A DNA stretch of 63,265 bases, filler included, from Chrysochromulina tobinii (Eukaryota): NCBI GenBank assembly GCA_001275005.1. It is 11 parts of 11 records of this genome, joined end to end, with 100 filler letters (N's around TTAATTAATTAA, not from the genome) between each part and the next. Parts side by side here need not be neighbours in the genome. Positions count along the whole stretch, not along the records: positions 59,739 to 63,265 come from JWZX01000444.1; 10 more parts are not named here. One strand, 5' to 3'. The translations under genes and the position numbers were made by a program. Numbering within the stretch: position 1 is the first letter of the stretch; each line of letters begins with the position of its first letter. Shown in pieces: positions 59,739-63,265 of this stretch. The notes beneath the pieces are model-generated. The model was not told the origin of the DNA and made no database searches. It saw only the letters and a program-made list of their open reading frames with translations.

Positions 59739-61384
59739 CAGCGGCCCAACAACAGAGCCTCAGGAATCGGATTCAAAGGGGAATCACTGAGGCTTGGGAG
59801 ACCGAGTGGCTGCGAGCAGGTGCCGCAGGCGCCGTGCGTCTCTCCGGTTCGGGGGCGGACACCAACGTTCGGTGGAGATTAGCGCTGACGGAGATGGTGC
59901 TGAGTGGGTGTCGGCTGCAGAAGCTAGGCAAGGAGAACTGTGCAGAGGGGAGGAGGGCGTTATGGGGGCGCCTTGGCGATCTTCGCCTCCTCAGCAAGAT
60001 CTTCACAGCCTGGAGCCGGGCGCTTGTGCTCACCACAGCACGCAGGGCGACGGCACTGCGCGATCTGCGGAGTGCAAGAGAGTTCGTCACGCAGGTTACG
60101 ACTGGCGAGAGACGACGTCTTCGCAAGGAAGTTGAGAGGAGGCTTGCTATGGTCGATGACGAGCAGGCGGACGATGCTCCTGGCGAGTGGCTGCGGCTAC
60201 GGGCGTGGTTGGCGTGGCGAATGGTGCTGGCGCAGGGGCTAGGCAGAAGCGGCAGGCGCATCGTCCATGGGCCGGCGCGCGACTCTTTGCGCGAGCAATT
60301 GCTGGAGGGTTCTACTGGGCGACAGCAGGAAGTTCCGAGAGCTCGTGCAGGCGTCGCGACGTTGCGAGCACGGCAACGGCTGGTGTGGCGGCGTTGGCTA
60401 CGTACGGGCGGGTGGGCCGCGTTTGACCTTTGCCTCTTTAAGAGAGAGACAATCAAAAGGAATCGGGCGCTCGCGGCACAAAGAGAGGGCATGCGGCGCT
60501 GGGCGTGCATGGCTGACGGCACCAGGTGGCTCATTCTGACAGAAGTCGAAACGGAAGAGCGGTTCGAGTTTTGTCACGAGGGGCTGCGGGCCCTCCTCGA
60601 ACTCAAGCAGGTCTTGAGTGCTGGTGAGTGGAAGGCGCTGGGCATTCGCAACCTACGCCTCGGTCATTTCATTCGAGTCGGTCAGTTGTTCTACGGGCCG
60701 GAGCAGGTCCCTTCCTGTCACACGTTGAGTGGACAGGAGGCGAGTGAAGTGGGCGACACTGTGATGATTGAGATCGAACCCAGATGGGATCCTCAACGTG
60801 TGAAGCGGCGTCGACAGGAAGTGCAACGAGCCAGGCGAGCAGTTCGGCAACGCGTGGCAATGGGCCCCGTCATTGCTGGTCAGGAGGCGGACGATGGAGG
60901 GCGGTGGGCGGTGCGTCGCATTGTGGCGGTGCGCCGTCACGAGGGGCGGCGGGGTCGTCCCCTGGACGTACTCGTGGAATGGGAAGGTGAGGACTCCGAC
61001 GGGGATCTCTGGGAGGACTCTTGGGTCAGCGTCACATACCTCTCGAAGGACCTACGCGACGAGGCGAGAAAGCTCGAAGGCGAGCTGCTTGGGGCGCGCG
61101 GTGCGCAGGCGCCCAGTCGGCGGGCCATGCGGCGAGACGAGGTGCGGCAGAGACAGGAGAGAGAGAGAGAGCGCATGCAATGGAGCTCACGACTACGAGA
61201 TCGGGCGAGAGGGGCGCTTGCGTAACCCCGCAGCTCTCGAGCCGCAACCGAGGGTTGACTGGTGGCTTTCATCAGTTTCAACTCCCGCGTTGCTGAACAC
61301 CGTACACGCTTTGTATGCCTGGGGGAGACCCCCTCGCCACGTGTACGCTGCCTGTTGGCGTTGTTTACTTACTTACTTACTTAC
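59739..61384 (+). mobile_element. 3' part of a probable non-LTR retrotransposon: Arg/Trp-rich ORF ending in a chromodomain (stop 61225), 3' UTR and (TTAC)n tail
   Basis: WAVRRIVAVRR..DVLVEWEG..WEDSWV chromodomain pattern; tail at 61365-61384; RT is not on this contig. Confidence 0.65.
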
Positions 61385-61603
61385 GGCCCACCAACGTCCC
61401 CACAGCCGTCACAGCAGCGACCTCAACAGCACGAACGACGGCCGGACAGGCGCGTGCTGCTCGAGCGGCGCGAAGAGCCGCCGCGCCACATGTCGGCCTG
61501 TGTCATGAGCGCGAAGAGACGCCGCGCCCACATGCCGACGTGCGCGGCGGCGGAGGAAAAACCTGGTTCTCGAGCGGTCGCCCATGGCAAGGTGGCTTGA
61601 GGG

Positions 61604-63265
61604 TTAGCAACCCGCCTGCGCGATCAAGACCTTGTTCTCGGCGTTGTTGTCCGCGAGGTTCCCCAGCGCCCCCGCCGCCTGCTCCTTTTGGCCATCCGTG
61701 CCGCTCTGCACCAGCGTCACGAGCGGCGCGATCGCGCCAGCCTGCACAATCAAGACCTGGTTCTCGGCGTTTTTGAACGCGAGGTTCCGCAGCGCCCCCG
61801 CCGCGTGCTCCTTTTGGCCAGCCGTGCCGCTCTGCACCAGTGTCACGAGCGGCGCGATCGCGCCAGCCTGCGCGATCAAGACCTGGTTCTCGGCGTTGAT
61901 CGCGAGGTTCCGCAGCGCCCCCGCCGCGTTCTCCTTTTGGCCATCCGTGCCGCTCCGCACCAGCGTCACGAGCGGCGCGATCGCGCCAGCCTGCACAATC
62001 AAGACTTCGTTCTCGGCGTTGATCGCGAGGTTCGCCAGCGCATCCGCCGCGTTCTCCTTTTGGCCATCCGTGCCGCTCTGCACCAGTGTCACGAGCGGCG
62101 CGATCGCGCCTGCCTGCGCGATCAAGACCTCGTTCTCGGCGTGGTCCGCGAGGTTCCGCAGCGCCCCCGCCGCCTGCTCCTTTTGGCCGGCCGTGCCGCT
62201 CTGCACCAGCGTCACGAGCGGCGCGATCGCGCCAGCCTGCGCGATCAAGACATTGTTCTCGGCGTTGATCGCGAGGTTCAACAGCGCCCCTGCCGCGTTC
62301 TCCTTTTGGCCAGCCGTGTCGCTCTGCACCAGCGTCACGAGCGGCGCGATCGCGCCAGCCTGCGCGATCAAGACATTGTTCTCGGCGTTGATCGCGAGGC
62401 TCCACAGCGCCCCCGCCGCCTGCTCCTTTTGGCCATCCGTGCCGCTCTGCACCAGTGTCACGAGTGGCGCGATCGCGCCAGCCTGCGCGATCAAGACCTG
62501 GTTCTCGGCGTTTGTCGCGAGATTCCGCAGCGCCGCCGCCGCCTGCTCCCTTTGGCCATCCGTGCCGCTCTGCACCAGCGTCACGAGCGGCGCGATCGCG
62601 CCAGCCTGCACAATCAAGACCTCGTTCTCGGCGTTTGTCGCGAGGTTCGCCAGCGCATCCGCCGCGTTCTCCTTTTGGCCATCCGTGCCGCTCTGCACCA
62701 GTGTCACGAGCGGCGCGATCGCGCCAGCCTGCACAATCAAGACCTCGTTCTCGGCGTGGAGCACGAGGTTCGCCAGCGCCCCCGCCGCCTGCTCCTTTTG
62801 GCCATCCGTGCCGCTCTGCACCAGTGTCACGAGCGGCGCGATCGCGCCTGCCTGCGCGATCAAGACCTGGTTCTCGGCGTTGATCGCGAGGTTCCGCAGC
62901 GCCCCCGCCGCCTGCTCCTTTTGGTCGGCCGTGCCGCTCTGCACCAGCGTCACGAGCGGCGCGATCGCGCCAGCCTGCACAATCAAGACATTGTTCTCGG
63001 CGTTGATCGCGAGGCTCCGCAGCGCGCGCGCCGCCTCCGCCCTGGCCGCTGGGTCTTGGGCCGTGAGCAGCGCCACTAACGGCACGATTCCGCCCGCCCT
63101 CGCAATCGCCACCCGCGACTCATTGTCGCGCATGTCAGCCAGCGCTCCGGCCGCATCCGCGCTGCTGCTGCGCACCCGCTGGACCAGCCGCTGCAGCCGC
63201 TCGTCCTTCGAGAGCGCCGGCGCATCTGCGCCCGTGCCCACGCCCGCACCACCACGCGATGGCAT
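61604..63265 (-). CDS. Armadillo-repeat protein (Vac8/PUB-like repeats)
   Basis: About 12 41-aa repeats, most near-identical (IAQAGAIAPLVTLVQSGT.GQKE.AAGAL.NLA); ATG lies at the window edge, so it may be 5'-incomplete. Confidence 0.93.
   Translation of the reverse strand: MPSRGGAGVGTGADAPALSKDERLQRLVQRVRSSSADAAGALADMRDNESRVAIARAGGIVPLVALLTAQDPAARAEAARALRSLAINAENNVLIVQAGAIAPLVTLVQSGTADQKEQAAGALRNLAINAENQVLIAQAGAIAPLVTLVQSGTDGQKEQAAGALANLVLHAENEVLIVQAGAIAPLVTLVQSGTDGQKENAADALANLATNAENEVLIVQAGAIAPLVTLVQSGTDGQREQAAAALRNLATNAENQVLIAQAGAIAPLVTLVQSGTDGQKEQAAGALWSLAINAENNVLIAQAGAIAPLVTLVQSDTAGQKENAAGALLNLAINAENNVLIAQAGAIAPLVTLVQSGTAGQKEQAAGALRNLADHAENEVLIAQAGAIAPLVTLVQSGTDGQKENAADALANLAINAENEVLIVQAGAIAPLVTLVRSGTDGQKENAAGALRNLAINAENQVLIAQAGAIAPLVTLVQSGTAGQKEHAAGALRNLAFKNAENQVLIVQAGAIAPLVTLVQSGTDGQKEQAAGALGNLADNNAENKVLIAQAGC

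Overview
GC-rich eukaryotic DNA, most consistent with a haptophyte alga. This is an inference from GT-AG introns, bipartite plastid-targeting N-termini, SPPP linkers and the gene content. The window is not one locus: 11 contigs are joined by ten artificial 100-nt spacers (44 N + TTAATTAATTAA + 44 N), so adjacency across spacers has no meaning. Recognisable genes are CDC123, UTP10/HEATR1, pirin, APH1, phosphoserine phosphatase, an organellar alpha2-type GlyRS with a WHEP domain, a HET-domain protein, a Zn2Cys6 transcription factor, a BspA LRR protein, an ARM-repeat protein, several surface proteins (beta-helix, C-type lectin, beta-propeller) and a ShKT-fused nucleotide-sugar transporter. Main observations: (1) a non-LTR retrotransposon with APE endonuclease, a DUF4326-like domain and RT, whose RT contains a 728-bp inversion between CGCG palindromes that restores the frame at both junctions when flipped; (2) introns filled with sense-oriented 10-11-mer arrays, mostly branch-point-like, several of which begin with a copy of the downstream exon start; (3) a chromodomain-ending retroelement whose 3' stem-loop and (TTAC)n tail recur on another contig; (4) a contig with an 88-bp terminal direct repeat and a circularly permuted HET gene. 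All calls are by-eye motif recognition; no searches were run.
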